This document shows positions 29,067 to 40,112 of a stretch of DNA of 64,000 bases, piece after piece. How positions within the stretch are numbered: the stretch's first letter is position 1; each line of letters begins with the position of its first letter. This DNA is from Candidatus Bathyarchaeota archaeon. GTDB lineage: Archaea; Thermoproteota; Bathyarchaeia; Bathyarchaeales; Bathycorpusculaceae. The stretch lies in contig CAWEPZ010000011.1 of the NCBI GenBank assembly GCA_963811105.1, positions 1,280,001 to 1,344,000 on the forward strand, read 5' to 3'. The translations under genes were made by a program, and so were the position numbers. A model generated the notes under the pieces. That model searched no databases. It worked only from the letters and a program-made list of their open reading frames with translations, and was not told the origin of the DNA.

Positions 29067-30245
29067 ATGAGTGCTTCCCAAGAGCTTGAGAAGAATGCAA
29101 CCAACTACGCGTTGGAAGCAGTACGCTTGGACAAGCAAGGCTCAAGGGGCATGGCAATAACCATGTACCAGAAATCCATAGAAAGCCTACTGCAACTTGT
29201 TAAACTCTATCCTGAATACGGCTTGAACAAAGTATACGTTCAAAAAGCGATCATCTACCAAGAACGCATAAAGGCGATACAAGGCGCCGTAGGTGTATTG
29301 CGTGATCAAACTCACGCAGAAGTTAGAAACGGCGGGAGTGAGGGTGAAACCAAAAAGAGTGGAGGCGGCAAGTCCAGTTACGAAGAACTGTTAGTCACAG
29401 AGAAGCTCAATGTGAAATGGGCGGAAGTCGTTGGACTGGACCCAGCAAAGAAGGCGGTGAAGGAGGCAATAATCTATCCTTTTCAGAGACCCGACCTGTT
29501 TCCATTAGGATGGCCACGGGGAATATTGTTCTTCGGGCCGCCAGGTTGCGGGAAAACATTGCTGGCAGCAGCTGTTGCTACGGAAATAGACGCTACTTTC
29601 GTCTCAATTGACGCGGCCTCTGTAATGTCAAAATGGCTGGGTGAAGCTGAACAGAATGTTGCACGCCTGTTTAGTCAAGTAAGAAAATCATCGTTGGAAG
29701 GAAAGCCTGCAATAGTCTTCGTCGATGAGGTTGACTCTTTGATGGGAAAACACGCAAATGAGGTAGGCGGCGAAATCCGTGTTCGCAACCAGTTCTTGAA
29801 AGAGATGGACGGTATCGTAGACAAGGGCAAGAATCTTCACGTGTACGTGATTGGAGCGACCAACAAGCCTTGGGATTTGGATTGGGCTTTTATAAGAAGA
29901 TTTCAGAAAAGAATTCTGGTCCCACTGCCTAACCGCGATACACGATTGATGATGTTCAAGCTCTATACTGCCAGTCTTCAACTTGCTCCAGATGTTAAGT
30001 TGCGGGAACTCGCGAGACTTTCAGAGGGATTCTCGGGAAGTGATATAAGGGATTTCAACCAGTCGGCACAGCTGAAACTCATCGGCGAGTTCTTTGAGTC
30101 AGGTAAAGCAAGCGACCGAAGGGTCAAGCCAAGGCCGTTGTCGATGGAGGATTTCAGGCAGATACTCGAGGAAAGAAAGCCCAGTGTATCCCCTGGCATG
30201 CTGGCGCTTTACGACAGATGGTTTGAAGCATTTAAGGCTCTCTAG
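29067..30245 (+). CDS. cdvC: MIT-domain AAA ATPase (Vps4/CdvC family)
   Basis: MIT helices (AVRLDKQG...AITMYQKSI), [32 protein letters not shown]. Confidence 0.9.
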   Translation: MSASQELEKNATNYALEAVRLDKQGSRGMAITMYQKSIESLLQLVKLYPEYGLNKVYVQKAIIYQERIKAIQGAVGVLRDQTHAEVRNGGSEGETKKSGGGKSSYEELLVTEKLNVKWAEVVGLDPAKKAVKEAIIYPFQRPDLFPLGWPRGILFFGPPGCGKTLLAAAVATEIDATFVSIDAASVMSKWLGEAEQNVARLFSQVRKSSLEGKPAIVFVDEVDSLMGKHANEVGGEIRVRNQFLKEMDGIVDKGKNLHVYVIGATNKPWDLDWAFIRRFQKRILVPLPNRDTRLMMFKLYTASLQLAPDVKLRELARLSEGFSGSDIRDFNQSAQLKLIGEFFESGKASDRRVKPRPLSMEDFRQILEERKPSVSPGMLALYDRWFEAFKAL

Positions 30246-30381
30246 AAGAAGGATGATGCTAAAAGAGTGTGTTGAAGTGTTGGGTGGATAGGTTTAGCTC
30301 GCTTCCACCAAAAGGGTTGATGCAACCTATTTTCATAAACGGAACAAATCCCAGATGAACACCCAAAACAACATCTAACGC

Positions 30382-30539
30382 AATGTAGATGCTGTTTTCC
30401 GCAATCTTGAAGAGCTGTTTGCGGAACTGGAAAAAAATTGAGCGAGAAAGACATCGCGTACTTCAAGAGCTTGAAAGAAAACGAAATAGTCAGATGCCTT
30501 AATACTCTGGGCAGGTGGATTCGCAATAATTGGGGATAA
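30382..30539 (+). pseudogene. Gene remnant (DUF6794-like)
   Basis: Frameshifted ...NLEELFAELEK/LSEKDIAYFKSL...LGRWIRNNWG*. Confidence 0.35.
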
Positions 30540-30623
30540 GGGTGAGGATCTCTTGATTTTTTTAATTTAAACCTTATAAGTGTAGTAACTATTACGATTT
30601 TTTAAAAGTGAGTTGAAAAGGAC

Positions 30624-30692
30624 ATGTTTGAGGAAGAGGAAGAAGGGGAAGAAGAGTTAACCGAAGAGGATTGGGAAGAAGAGGACTGGTAA
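30624..30692 (+). CDS. 22-aa hyper-acidic microprotein
   Basis: MFEEEEEGEEELTEEDWEEEDW*; TATA-like AAACCTTATAAG ~50 bp upstream. Confidence 0.5.
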   Translation: MFEEEEEGEEELTEEDWEEEDW

Positions 30693-31052
30693 ATATATGG
30701 AAACTATGATTGTTTGCATATTTCCATGCTTTATTTGTTCATGCCAAAATAGTCAAAAAGGCAGTTAGGCAAAAAATACATTATAAAAAGCTAATGATGC
30801 TATAGCGGTGAATGATATTGGACACGAAATATTCTTTGACGCGACCGTCTCGTCGCTTAACGTCTTCTCTTTAGTCGTTGTAGAATGGAAATCGCTGCTA
30901 AAGCTTGTTTATCCCCCTAAGAAGCCTTCTTCAAGCCAATTTTATGTATCAGAGAAAAATAGGGAACGTACGGGAAGCTTCCCTATACTGGTAACGTAAG
31001 GCTTTTGTGAAGGGTATTTAGGCATCTGCTACATTATAGGAAGAGATGTTTA

Positions 31053-31613
31053 ATGCCGAAGACTAAAGCCATAATTAAGATTCAGAACATTGTTGGCTCG
31101 GCCACTTTAAATCAGAAAGTTGACTTAAACGCGGTTGTGAATAGTTATCCAACCGCAGAATATCGTCCGGACCGGTTTCCCGGATTAGTATTTAGGCTTA
31201 AGAGACCGAAGACAGCCACGCTGATTTTTAGCTCTGGTAAAATGATTTGTACAGGAGCAAAATCAGGACAGGAATTCCGCAAAGCAATCATGAAAGTTAT
31301 TAAAGAACTGAAAATGGGCGGAATAATCATTGTTAGCAAGCCGGACTTGAAGGTTGTGAACATCGTTGCTTCTGCAAGTCTAGGCGGACAGATAGATTTG
31401 GAGAAGACAGTTTCCACGCTAAGAAAAACGATGTATGAACCAGAGCAGTTTCCAGGCTTGATCTACAGGATGGACGAGCCTAAGGTGGTCATACTGATAT
31501 TCGCAACCGGGAGCCTTGTTTGTACCGGGGCGAAGAAAGAACAAGACGTTTATGACGCAGTGCATAAGCTTCATATAATATTAGAGGAACAAAACCTCAT
31601 ATTCTACGAATAA
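31053..31613 (+). CDS. tbp: TATA-box-binding protein
   Basis: Two TBP repeats: YRPDRFPGLVFRL..LIFSSGKMICTGAK and YEPEQFPGLIYRM..LIFATGSLVCTGAK. Confidence 0.97.
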   Translation: MPKTKAIIKIQNIVGSATLNQKVDLNAVVNSYPTAEYRPDRFPGLVFRLKRPKTATLIFSSGKMICTGAKSGQEFRKAIMKVIKELKMGGIIIVSKPDLKVVNIVASASLGGQIDLEKTVSTLRKTMYEPEQFPGLIYRMDEPKVVILIFATGSLVCTGAKKEQDVYDAVHKLHIILEEQNLIFYE

Positions 31614-31734
31614 AACTTCATATGTCAATCGCCTATGGAAAACAAGGAATTATTATCTTTAATCGTTGAGTAAAATGATGTGGATAAAGCTGTTCATAAG
31701 TTTCTTGAATGTAAAAATTGTTGGGTAGAGTATT

Positions 31735-31914
31735 ATGGAAAACTTTGAGAGATTAAGTAATGAAATTCTCGTTAGAACCTGCTCCTGCGGCATCGTATTC
31801 GAAACGTATGATCCAAAAAAAGTGTACCATTCAAATAAATGTAGGGCAAGTTACGTTAGGAAAAGAAATGGAACCATGACAGCCCAAAGAAGGAAACTAA
31901 AGCAAAAGAAATAG
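31735..31914 (+). CDS. 59-aa basic Zn-finger-like microprotein
   Basis: ...RTCSCGIVFETYDPKKVYHSNKCRASYVRKR...; CxC..HxxxC pattern. Confidence 0.5.
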   Translation: MENFERLSNEILVRTCSCGIVFETYDPKKVYHSNKCRASYVRKRNGTMTAQRRKLKQKK

Positions 31915-31990
31915 AGGATAAAGTACTGGGCAAGGTTTAGCTGTTAATTTAGACCTTAGTTTACGCAATAACATAAGTTTAAATGAATTT

Positions 31991-32122
31991 ATGAGCAAAG
32001 GCAAAAGTGAACAGTTGAAATCTCAATACGAAAAAACCGAGGATAAAGGTTATGGCTGTAACGCATGGGCTAGTGAGACAGAGCAACCAAAAAGCCTAAA
32101 CCAAGTCACCGAGACAAACTAG
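31991..32122 (+). CDS. 43-aa hypothetical microprotein
   Basis: MSKGKSEQLKSQYEKTEDKGYGCNAWASETEQPKSLNQVTETN*. Confidence 0.3.
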   Translation: MSKGKSEQLKSQYEKTEDKGYGCNAWASETEQPKSLNQVTETN

Positions 32123-32259
32123 AATTTGAGTTTGACAAATATAGTGAATATTTAATATTAATTTATTGCTTAACTATTGCAAAAATAACAAACTTAGCTA
32201 AAAAAAAGCAATTAGTATAAACATACGAGCAATGAATATAAACATGAGAAAAGAGGTAA

Positions 32260-32400
32260 ATGAAAATGTGTCAATTAAGAGCAGGTTTAGTTAAAAACTG
32301 CCGCAGGTGCAAATCGTCTATTCGACTTAATTGTCCGATTAGAAAGAAAGTGAAAAAGAAAACTTACATAGACACCAAGAAGAAGGGCGAAAGTAAATAA
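32260..32400 (+). CDS. 46-aa basic Cys4 microprotein
   Basis: MKMCQLRAGLVKNCRRCKSSIRLNCPIRKKVKKK...; GAGGT just upstream. Confidence 0.5.
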   Translation: MKMCQLRAGLVKNCRRCKSSIRLNCPIRKKVKKKTYIDTKKKGESK

Positions 32401-32612
32401 CAACTAAGAGTGAAGCCAAATAACAACAGAGAAAAAACTGAATTAAACTAATCAGCGTATGCGCTGAAAACTAGCTTCACTTTCAGAAAATTGCCAAGTT
32501 TATATCTAAGAACGCGTCTTGACACCCTTACCGAATCACAATATGTTCTAATGATGTAGAGAGAACGGATTTACTGCTTCTATCCGAAATATGTTTAAAT
32601 GAGTGTTGAAAA

Positions 32613-34781
32613 TTGAACGAAGTTCAGCTGAAAGTTCTGGATTCCAGACAGAGAGATGTGGCAAGAGGAATCGCCAGAATAGACCAGATAACAATGCAGA
32701 AGTTAGGAGTTTTATCTGGAGACGTAATAGAGTTCTCAGGGAAGAAAAAAACGTCGGCGAGCGCTTGGCCAGCGTACTCTGAAGACCAGGATCCAAACGT
32801 TATGCGAATCGATGGGGTCTTACGTAAAAATGCTGGCGTATCAATAAACGATTTCGTTGTAGTTCGCAAGGCTGACGTTAAAAATGCCCTGAGCATAGTG
32901 CTTGCTCCTGTGGATATGCAATTGAAAGTTGACGAAGACTTTGCAAATTTTGTGAAGAACAGACTTATAGATAGGACTTTTGTTGAGGGAGACAAGACGT
33001 CCGTTATGATGCTTGGTCATTCTGTTCAGTTCACTGTTGCGAAGATGCAGCCCCAAGGAATAGTAAAGATGACCAACGATACTATATTGCAGATATTAAC
33101 TGACCCCGTTGCTGAAGCTGAAAGTGTGCCACGTATCACCTATGAGGACTTAGGAGGTTTGGAGGAGGAGATTCAACGCATAAGGGAGATGGTTGAACTT
33201 CCAATGCGGCATCCCGAGATTTTCCAGAGGCTTGGAATAGATCCTCCGAAAGGGGTTCTACTGCTTGGTCCACCCGGCTGCGGAAAGACACTCCTAGCTA
33301 GAGCAGTAGCGAATGAGTCTGACGCAAACTTCTTCTCAATAAACGGGCCTGAGATAATAAGTAAGTTCTATGGGGAGTCGGAGGCGAAGCTTCGAGAAAT
33401 ATTTCAACAGGCTCATAAAAGCGCTCCGAGCATCATACTCATAGATGAGTTGGACTCCATCGCGCCCAAACGTGAGGAGGTTACTGGTGAAGTGGAGAAA
33501 AGGGTTGTCGCTCAGCTTCTATCTCTCATGGACGGATTGACTGGTAGAGGAAATGTCATAGTAATAGGTGCAACAAACAGACCGAATGCTTTGGATCCAG
33601 CTCTCAGGAGGCCTGGGCGGTTTGACCGCGAGATAGAGATAGGGACCCCGGACAAGCGGGGGCGTCATGAAATATTGTTGATTCATAGCAGAGGTATGCC
33701 CTTAGCCCGTGATGTTGAGTTAAAGGTGCTTGCTGAGCGGACGCACGGTTACACGGGTGCTGACTTGGCTGCCCTGTGTAGAGAGGCAGCTATGAAAGCT
33801 CTACTTAGGTATCTTCCCGAGATAAATCTGAAGGAAGAGCGAATACCTCCCTGCGTCCTGGAGAAGATGGATGTTCGAATAGATGATTTCATGAGCGCCT
33901 TCAAGGAGATTACACCTACAGCTATGAGGGAGATTGCTGTGGAAGTTCCGGTTGTTCATTGGGATGAAGTGGGAGGCTTGGAGGAGGTTAAAGAGAAGTT
34001 AAAGGAGGCTGTTGAGTGGCCGCTGAAAAATCCTGAAGTCTTCAAGAGATTGGGGATTCAGCCGCCTAAAGGTATACTGTTAATAGGCCCGCCTGGGTGT
34101 GGGAAGACAATGCTGGCTAGGGCTGTTGCAACTGAGAGCGAGGCAAACTTCATTTCGATTAAGAGTCCGGAGGTTTTCTCTAAGTGGGTTGGCGAGTCTG
34201 AAAAGGCTATTCGAGAGATTTTCAGGAAGGCTAGAATGGCTTCGCCAGCGGTCATATTCTTCGATGAAGTTGACTCTCTTGTTCCAAGGAGGGAGCAGGG
34301 TTACGGTGACAACGGAGTAACTGAACGCGTCATCAGCCAGCTTTTGACAGAAATGGATGGAATAATGCCCTTAGAAGACATCATAGTTATAGCTGCGACA
34401 AATAGGCCCGATATTGTCGACTCAGCCATATTAAGGCCAGGCAGATTCGATCGGCTAATTTATGTTCCAGAACCCGACGAAGCGGCCAGGCTTGAAATCT
34501 TTAAGATTCATACGAAGAATATGCCACTACAAAATCTTGTGGACATCAAGGCGTATCGCATGACGAAAGGTTACTCTGGCGCCGATATATCATCCGTTTG
34601 CAGGGAGGCCGCCATGAACGCTTTGAGAAGAGACAGCAACGCAAAAGAGGTTGCCTTCAGCGATTTTGAGAAAGCTATACACGAAGTTCCGCCGAGCATA
34701 TCGCCAGAAATTGAGATTTGGTATAGGAGTTTTATGAATCAGGTTCGAAGGCTGCAGAAGCCTGCGCCTTTTGTAGTGTAA
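32613..34781 (+). CDS. cdc48: Cdc48/VAT AAA ATPase
   Basis: N-domain plus two AAA modules (GPPGCGKT x2, IDELD/FDEVD, RPGRFDR x2). Confidence 0.96.
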   Translation: MNEVQLKVLDSRQRDVARGIARIDQITMQKLGVLSGDVIEFSGKKKTSASAWPAYSEDQDPNVMRIDGVLRKNAGVSINDFVVVRKADVKNALSIVLAPVDMQLKVDEDFANFVKNRLIDRTFVEGDKTSVMMLGHSVQFTVAKMQPQGIVKMTNDTILQILTDPVAEAESVPRITYEDLGGLEEEIQRIREMVELPMRHPEIFQRLGIDPPKGVLLLGPPGCGKTLLARAVANESDANFFSINGPEIISKFYGESEAKLREIFQQAHKSAPSIILIDELDSIAPKREEVTGEVEKRVVAQLLSLMDGLTGRGNVIVIGATNRPNALDPALRRPGRFDREIEIGTPDKRGRHEILLIHSRGMPLARDVELKVLAERTHGYTGADLAALCREAAMKALLRYLPEINLKEERIPPCVLEKMDVRIDDFMSAFKEITPTAMREIAVEVPVVHWDEVGGLEEVKEKLKEAVEWPLKNPEVFKRLGIQPPKGILLIGPPGCGKTMLARAVATESEANFISIKSPEVFSKWVGESEKAIREIFRKARMASPAVIFFDEVDSLVPRREQGYGDNGVTERVISQLLTEMDGIMPLEDIIVIAATNRPDIVDSAILRPGRFDRLIYVPEPDEAARLEIFKIHTKNMPLQNLVDIKAYRMTKGYSGADISSVCREAAMNALRRDSNAKEVAFSDFEKAIHEVPPSISPEIEIWYRSFMNQVRRLQKPAPFVV

Positions 34782-35237
34782 TTCCGGAAGGGACAGATAA
34801 ACGTGAATTTACGCTGTGAGTCGATTCAGCTTTATTAGGGTCTTCCCAAAGAAAGAGTGCGATGAATGGTTCCCCCAAATTTGGAACGCAACAGGAACCC
34901 GCCAAACAGAGAACCAGGTCGAAAGGAGAATTGCTTACTTCTCCCAGGAAATCGTAATTCGATTCGTGATGTTCTTCATTAAAAGGCGATAAAGCATTAG
35001 AAAGTAATAACCATAAGAAAGTGTAACGAACCGTGTTTTATCGGCAAAGAAATGAAATAATGTGTAAAAAAAGTTTATTAGAGCTGTACAGGTTGTGTGT
35101 ACGGCTCTTAAAAATTGGAGACTGTTTTTCGAGTTGGATGATTCAACATCAGAGGAAATCAAAAGTTCGAGAAGATCCGCATTCGAAAAGCACATTCACA
35201 CATGAATATCGTTTCGTAATTAAACTAACGGGGATAA

Positions 35238-38200
35238 ATGACTTTGACTGAAATTTCAAAAGAAGATATACATTTGTTGTTAAAATCTTTCTTCCACGAG
35301 AAAGGACTAGTTAGACAGCATCTGGATTCTTATAACGAGTTTATCGATCATGGATTGCAGGAGGTGGTGGATGAGGTTGGCGAAATCAATATTGAAGTTC
35401 CTGAATGTCCGTACAAGGTGAAGCTTGGGCAGGTTTGGGTGATAGATCCTCAATCAAGGATAACAGGGCCATACGTGGTAGAAGTAGATGGCGGTAAACA
35501 CGAAATTTACCCCATGGAAGCTAGACTCAGGAACCTTGCATACGCCGTGCCAGTGGCGCTTGAAATGACGCCCATAATAGATGGGAGAGAACAGGACACC
35601 GAACTTGTCTACATCGGCAACATTCCAGTCATGCTGAAATCGAAACTTTGCTTCTTATCCCAGCTTTCAACGGAGGAACTTATTGCTGCTGGAGAAGACC
35701 CTGATGACCAAGGCGGATACTTTGTTGTTAACGGGTCTGAACGCGTTATCATTGCCATGGAGGATCTGGCACCTAATCGCGTACTTGTTGACATTGACGA
35801 GAAAGGAACCTCACCAGTTTTTCAAGCAAAAATTTTCTCAACCACAGTCGGCTTCAGGGCTAGAATCGAACTTAAACTCAAATCGGACGATGCCATCTAC
35901 GTCACCATGCCAGGATTACCAACAGAAATCCCGTTCGTTGTCATAATGCGTGCGTTAAGCTTAGAAAAAGACAAAGATATTGCAGAAGCGGTCTCACTTG
36001 ATAGCGAAATGCAAAGCCACTTGGCCGCTTCATTTGAAAAAGCCATCGGTGTAGACACACCCGCTGACGCAATCCTATTCATTGGTAACCGTGTAGCTCA
36101 CGGGCAGGTTGAAGAATACCGCTTACTGAAAGCTGAGACTGCCCTTGACAAAAATTTCCTGCCCCACCTTGGCAGAAGCGACGCGAACCGAAAGGAAAAA
36201 GCAATTTTCCTAGGCGAAATGGCATACAGAGTTATACAGTTGAAAACAGGTAGACGGCAACCTGATGATAAAGATCATTTCAAGAATAAACGTTTGCGTC
36301 TCGGAGGTCCGCTTCTTGCAGACCTTTTCCGTGTCTCATTTAGAAACTTGACGAGAGACATGAAATACCAGCTTGAACGGATAGGCGTTAAAGGTCCAAT
36401 CATTAATGTTTCAGCGGCTGTTCGCTCTGGCATTATAACAGAACGTTTTCAGCATGCGTTGGCAACGGGCAACTGGGGAAGAGGCAGAGTCGGCATCACT
36501 CAGCTTTTAGACAGAACCAACTTCATCTCTACCCTAAGCCACTTACGCAGGCTTCAGTCGCCCCTGAGCAGAAGCCAACCTAACTTTGAAGCCAGAGACT
36601 TGCACCCAACCCATTGGGGACGCTTATGCCCTAACGAGACGCCTGAAGGCTCCAATTGTGGCTTAGTCAAAAACCTAGCATTGTCAGCTTCCATAGCAGT
36701 CGGTGTAAACCCTGACAAAATTAAGCAATTACTTTTTGAAATGGGTGCTGTTCCGGCAGGTGAAGCCAGCCGTGATTTACGTATTTCGGGAGCCAAAGTT
36801 TTCTTGGACGGAAACATCATTGCCTATTGCAATAACCCAATAGAAATTGTGAAGTCTTTCCGGGAAAAAAGGCGAGCTGGAGAAATCTCAACGGAGGCAA
36901 ACGTAACATATTTCTCAAAAATGCAAACTGAAACCGAAGAAGTTCATGCTAACTGTGACGAAGGCAGGGTAAGACGCCCACTCATAATTGTTGAGAATGG
37001 CGCTTCAAAACTTCAATCTAAACATTTTGAAAAGATTGGTTTAGGCGAGTGGACGTGGGAAGACGTGGTTAAGAACGGTTTGATTGAGTATTTAGACGCT
37101 GAAGAAGAGGAAAACGCTTTCATCGCCTTAACCTTCGACAAAATTGAGCCTCAAAACACTCATGTTGAAATAGCTACTTACACGATTCTCGGCATATGCG
37201 CTTCAACAATCCCCTATCCAGAACACAACCAGTCGCCTCGTAACTCGTACCAAGCAGCTATGGCTAAGCAAGCGTTGGGCGTTTATTGCACCAACTTCCA
37301 TCACCGAGTTGATTCACGCTCGCACATACTCCACTACCCGCAAGTCCCAATGGTTGAAACGGAATTAATGGAAGTCATGGGCTACAAGCAACGTCCTACA
37401 GGACAAAATTGCGTCGTCGCGGTGCTCAGCTTCGAAGGCTATAACATGGAAGACGCTCTAATATTCAATAAAGCATCAGTAGATCGTGGCTTAGCCAGAT
37501 CCACATTCTACCGCATTTACGAAGCTGAATGCCGCCAGTATCTAGGCGGATTAAAAGACAAGTTTACCGTTCCAGAACCTGGAACCCGTGGTTACCGCGG
37601 CGAACAATATTACAGGCTTTTGGAACCTGATGGAATAATCAGTTTAGAATCGCAAGTGGTCGGCGGAGATGTTTTAATCGGAAGAATTAGCCCGCCCAGA
37701 TTTCTTGAAGAATATAAAGAATTTGAAGTTAAAGGTCCCTCGATGCGTGATACTTCAGTTGACATGCGTCCCTCAGAAACAGGCGTCGTCGACAAGATCT
37801 TCATAACTCAGTCTGGAGGAGGAAGCAAACTCGTAAAGGTAAGAATCCGCGATCAACGTGTTCCAGAGTTAGGCGACAAGTTTGCCTCTAGACACGGTCA
37901 AAAAGGAGTAATCGGTCTAATCGTACCGCAAGAAGATTTGCCCTTCACGGATGAAGGAATTGTACCTGACCTAATAATCAATCCACATGCCATCCCCTCA
38001 AGAATGACCATCGGTCAATTCATCGAGTCACTCGCTGGAAAAGCTGCTTCGGCGAGAGGTAAACCAGCAAATGGTACACCATTTTCCAACGAAGGACCCG
38101 ACGAAATACGCAAGAGCCTTGTAAAACTCGGCTTTAGTCACACTGGAGGCGAAGTCTTCTATAGCGGTACAACAGGCGAAAAATTCGTTGCAGATGTATT

Positions 38201-38609
38201 CGTCGGCGTAGTTTACTACCAGAAACTTCACCACATGGTTGCGGACAAGATTCACGCAAGAGCCAGAGGTCAAGTACAGATGTTAACACGGCAACCAACT
38301 GAAGGCAGAGCTAGAGGTGGCGGTCTCAGGTTCGGAGAAATGGAGCGAGATTGCCTAATTGGACACGGCGCAGCCATGCTGCTCAGCGACAGAATGCTGG
38401 AAGAGTCAGACAAGTACACGCTTTACATCTGCGAGAACTGTGGGGAAATAGCCTACTATGATATGAAACAGAGGCGGTATGTGTGTAAAATCTGCGACGA
38501 AAAAGCCAAAGTTTCCCCAGTAATCGTCTCTTACGCTTTTAAGCTTCTGTTGCAGGAGCTCAAGAGTCTGTGTATAACTCCCAAATTAAGACTAAAGGAG
38601 AAGGCATAA
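35238..38609 (+). CDS. rpoB: RNA polymerase subunit B (Rpo2), full length
   Basis: QHLDSYN, ETPEGSNCGL, GYNMEDA, GDKFASRHGQKG, NPHAIPSRMT, KLHHMVADK, RFGEMERD, C-terminal Zn Cys4. Confidence 0.98.
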   Translation: MTLTEISKEDIHLLLKSFFHEKGLVRQHLDSYNEFIDHGLQEVVDEVGEINIEVPECPYKVKLGQVWVIDPQSRITGPYVVEVDGGKHEIYPMEARLRNLAYAVPVALEMTPIIDGREQDTELVYIGNIPVMLKSKLCFLSQLSTEELIAAGEDPDDQGGYFVVNGSERVIIAMEDLAPNRVLVDIDEKGTSPVFQAKIFSTTVGFRARIELKLKSDDAIYVTMPGLPTEIPFVVIMRALSLEKDKDIAEAVSLDSEMQSHLAASFEKAIGVDTPADAILFIGNRVAHGQVEEYRLLKAETALDKNFLPHLGRSDANRKEKAIFLGEMAYRVIQLKTGRRQPDDKDHFKNKRLRLGGPLLADLFRVSFRNLTRDMKYQLERIGVKGPIINVSAAVRSGIITERFQHALATGNWGRGRVGITQLLDRTNFISTLSHLRRLQSPLSRSQPNFEARDLHPTHWGRLCPNETPEGSNCGLVKNLALSASIAVGVNPDKIKQLLFEMGAVPAGEASRDLRISGAKVFLDGNIIAYCNNPIEIVKSFREKRRAGEISTEANVTYFSKMQTETEEVHANCDEGRVRRPLIIVENGASKLQSKHFEKIGLGEWTWEDVVKNGLIEYLDAEEEENAFIALTFDKIEPQNTHVEIATYTILGICASTIPYPEHNQSPRNSYQAAMAKQALGVYCTNFHHRVDSRSHILHYPQVPMVETELMEVMGYKQRPTGQNCVVAVLSFEGYNMEDALIFNKASVDRGLARSTFYRIYEAECRQYLGGLKDKFTVPEPGTRGYRGEQYYRLLEPDGIISLESQVVGGDVLIGRISPPRFLEEYKEFEVKGPSMRDTSVDMRPSETGVVDKIFITQSGGGSKLVKVRIRDQRVPELGDKFASRHGQKGVIGLIVPQEDLPFTDEGIVPDLIINPHAIPSRMTIGQFIESLAGKAASARGKPANGTPFSNEGPDEIRKSLVKLGFSHTGGEVFYSGTTGEKFVADVFVGVVYYQKLHHMVADKIHARARGQVQMLTRQPTEGRARGGGLRFGEMERDCLIGHGAAMLLSDRMLEESDKYTLYICENCGEIAYYDMKQRRYVCKICDEKAKVSPVIVSYAFKLLLQELKSLCITPKLRLKEKA

Positions 38610-38610
38610 A

Positions 38611-38715
38611 ATGGCTATAGATGAGATAACCCAGAGCTTTTGACGAAATCTCATTCGGTCTGATTTCATCGTAGACCTCCGCAAACAATCAGTCGTGGAA
38701 ATCCTAACACCCGAT
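38611..38715 (+). pseudogene. rpoA1: RNA polymerase subunit A' (Rpo1N) N-terminal stub
   Basis: Reads MAIDEITQ/AFDEISFGLIS/VDLRKQSVVEILTPD with two frameshifts; sits in the canonical position 1 bp after rpoB, then truncates. Confidence 0.8.
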
Positions 38716-38883
38716 AGGAGTATATTGCGCTTCCCCAAAAAAAGCGTTTGGGCCTGTCGTGGTTCTTAAAATTTGAGGTATCAGGAAAAACAAAAAGTGT
38801 CAAAAACTTGTTTTTCAGGCATTTAGAGGCCCAAAACACTTGGCGCCTTAATGTTTGCCTATTGCGTGTTTCGCAAAGTATTC

Positions 38884-39171
38884 CTACTCTTTTGTAAGCA
38901 TTATTTCAATTGTTGAAACCATTCGTGCTCTGGTTTCGCCTTCTCTTGGCGGCATCTCCTCTGTTCCTATCACGATTTTATGTACTTTCAGGTCTTTTAG
39001 GAATCGATTTCTCGTTATTTCAGCTGCGTCAACAGCTGTAGTTATTGATTTTCCTCTGGCCTTTAAGGTTATATCTTTAGCATCGCTCGCCGACAAGCCT
39101 GTAATAATCGCCAAAACATAGTCCATCGGCATCTTATTTCCAACGAAAACAATTCTTGATTTTTCCGACAT
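38884..39171 (-). CDS. albA: Alba DNA/RNA-binding protein
   Basis: VFVGNKMPMDYVLA, LKARGKSITTAVDAAE, VSTIEI. Confidence 0.93.
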   Translation of the reverse strand: MSEKSRIVFVGNKMPMDYVLAIITGLSASDAKDITLKARGKSITTAVDAAEITRNRFLKDLKVHKIVIGTEEMPPREGETRARMVSTIEIMLTKE

Positions 39172-39741
39172 TTTCCATCACCATTTAATCATAACGTTAC
39201 TGCCCTATACTACGCAACTGCCCTATAAAGCGATTAAACAACAGAGCAGTCTGAAGATGTTTCAGTGTGGCTCCCTTATCCCAAAAGGTCGCCAGCCCGA
39301 AACTGGTCCGACTTGCACTGGACACTGAACGTTTGCCCAACATGTTTTTCGATGTTTTCTTGACTGTGAACGATTTTCGAGCTGATGGTTTACAAGGATT
39401 TAATTAGACTAATGGAGCCGTTTCCAAAGATGACGTCCGCGTTTTGAAGTTAGGCTGCTCTTGATAGGGGATTTGCTTAATATTTTAAACACATCCCAAT
39501 AGAATAGTAAAAACAGAATAAAAACAAAAGAAGGTTATTTTGACAGTGAAAATTTAACCGACTAAGCGGTTATGCCTGTGATTTCACAGATTGAGGTGGG
39601 TCTGCGTATTTTTGGTGTGAGGATTTCCCATACTTTGCCTTTGGTATTCATGTCTTCATCTATGAAGTTGTTGACGGATACTTCTTGCTCGATTATTAAT
39701 CGTGCACGTTTTGTTAGCTTTTCTAAATATTGGTGTGTTCT

Positions 39742-39998
39742 TTGAAGCGTGAAGAAGCAATATTAGTTTTAAAAGAGCTTTTTGAAAAATGCACTTTTCT
39801 TGATGGACGTTATTTGGCATTAATGCCAGCGGAAGCCCTACCTTAATGTCTCAAAAGTATCAAATTCTGATTAAGACCTCTCTTGACGAAGAAACAAGAA
39901 ACTGTATGCAAGATATTCTGATAAAATATCTGCTTACCATTAAAATTAAAGAAGAAAATACATTCATCATTTATCGACCAATTCAAGATAAAGAATAA
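39742..39998 (+). pseudogene. Small hypothetical protein with one frameshift
   Basis: MKREEAILVLKELFEKC...MPAEA / TLMSQKYQILIKTSLDEETRNC...IIYRP. Confidence 0.45.
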
Positions 39999-40112
39999 AG
40001 GTTGAAGGCGAAAATATATGGAAAACTCTCCAAAATCCAAGCCACAGTAAACAATCTATAGAGCAAAGTTTCGTAGTAAAGCATTAAATATGACTAGAGA
40101 TAATCACAGGTT

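Noticed and set aside
34895-34935. GAACCAGGTCGAAAGGAG as an SRP RNA fragment
   Set aside because: No helix 8 consensus or surrounding long GC-rich helices
35033-35251. 72-aa ORF upstream of rpoB as rpoH
   Set aside because: Lacks the HxLVPxH, LPxI and DP motifs of Rpo5; only a weak YRFV resemblance
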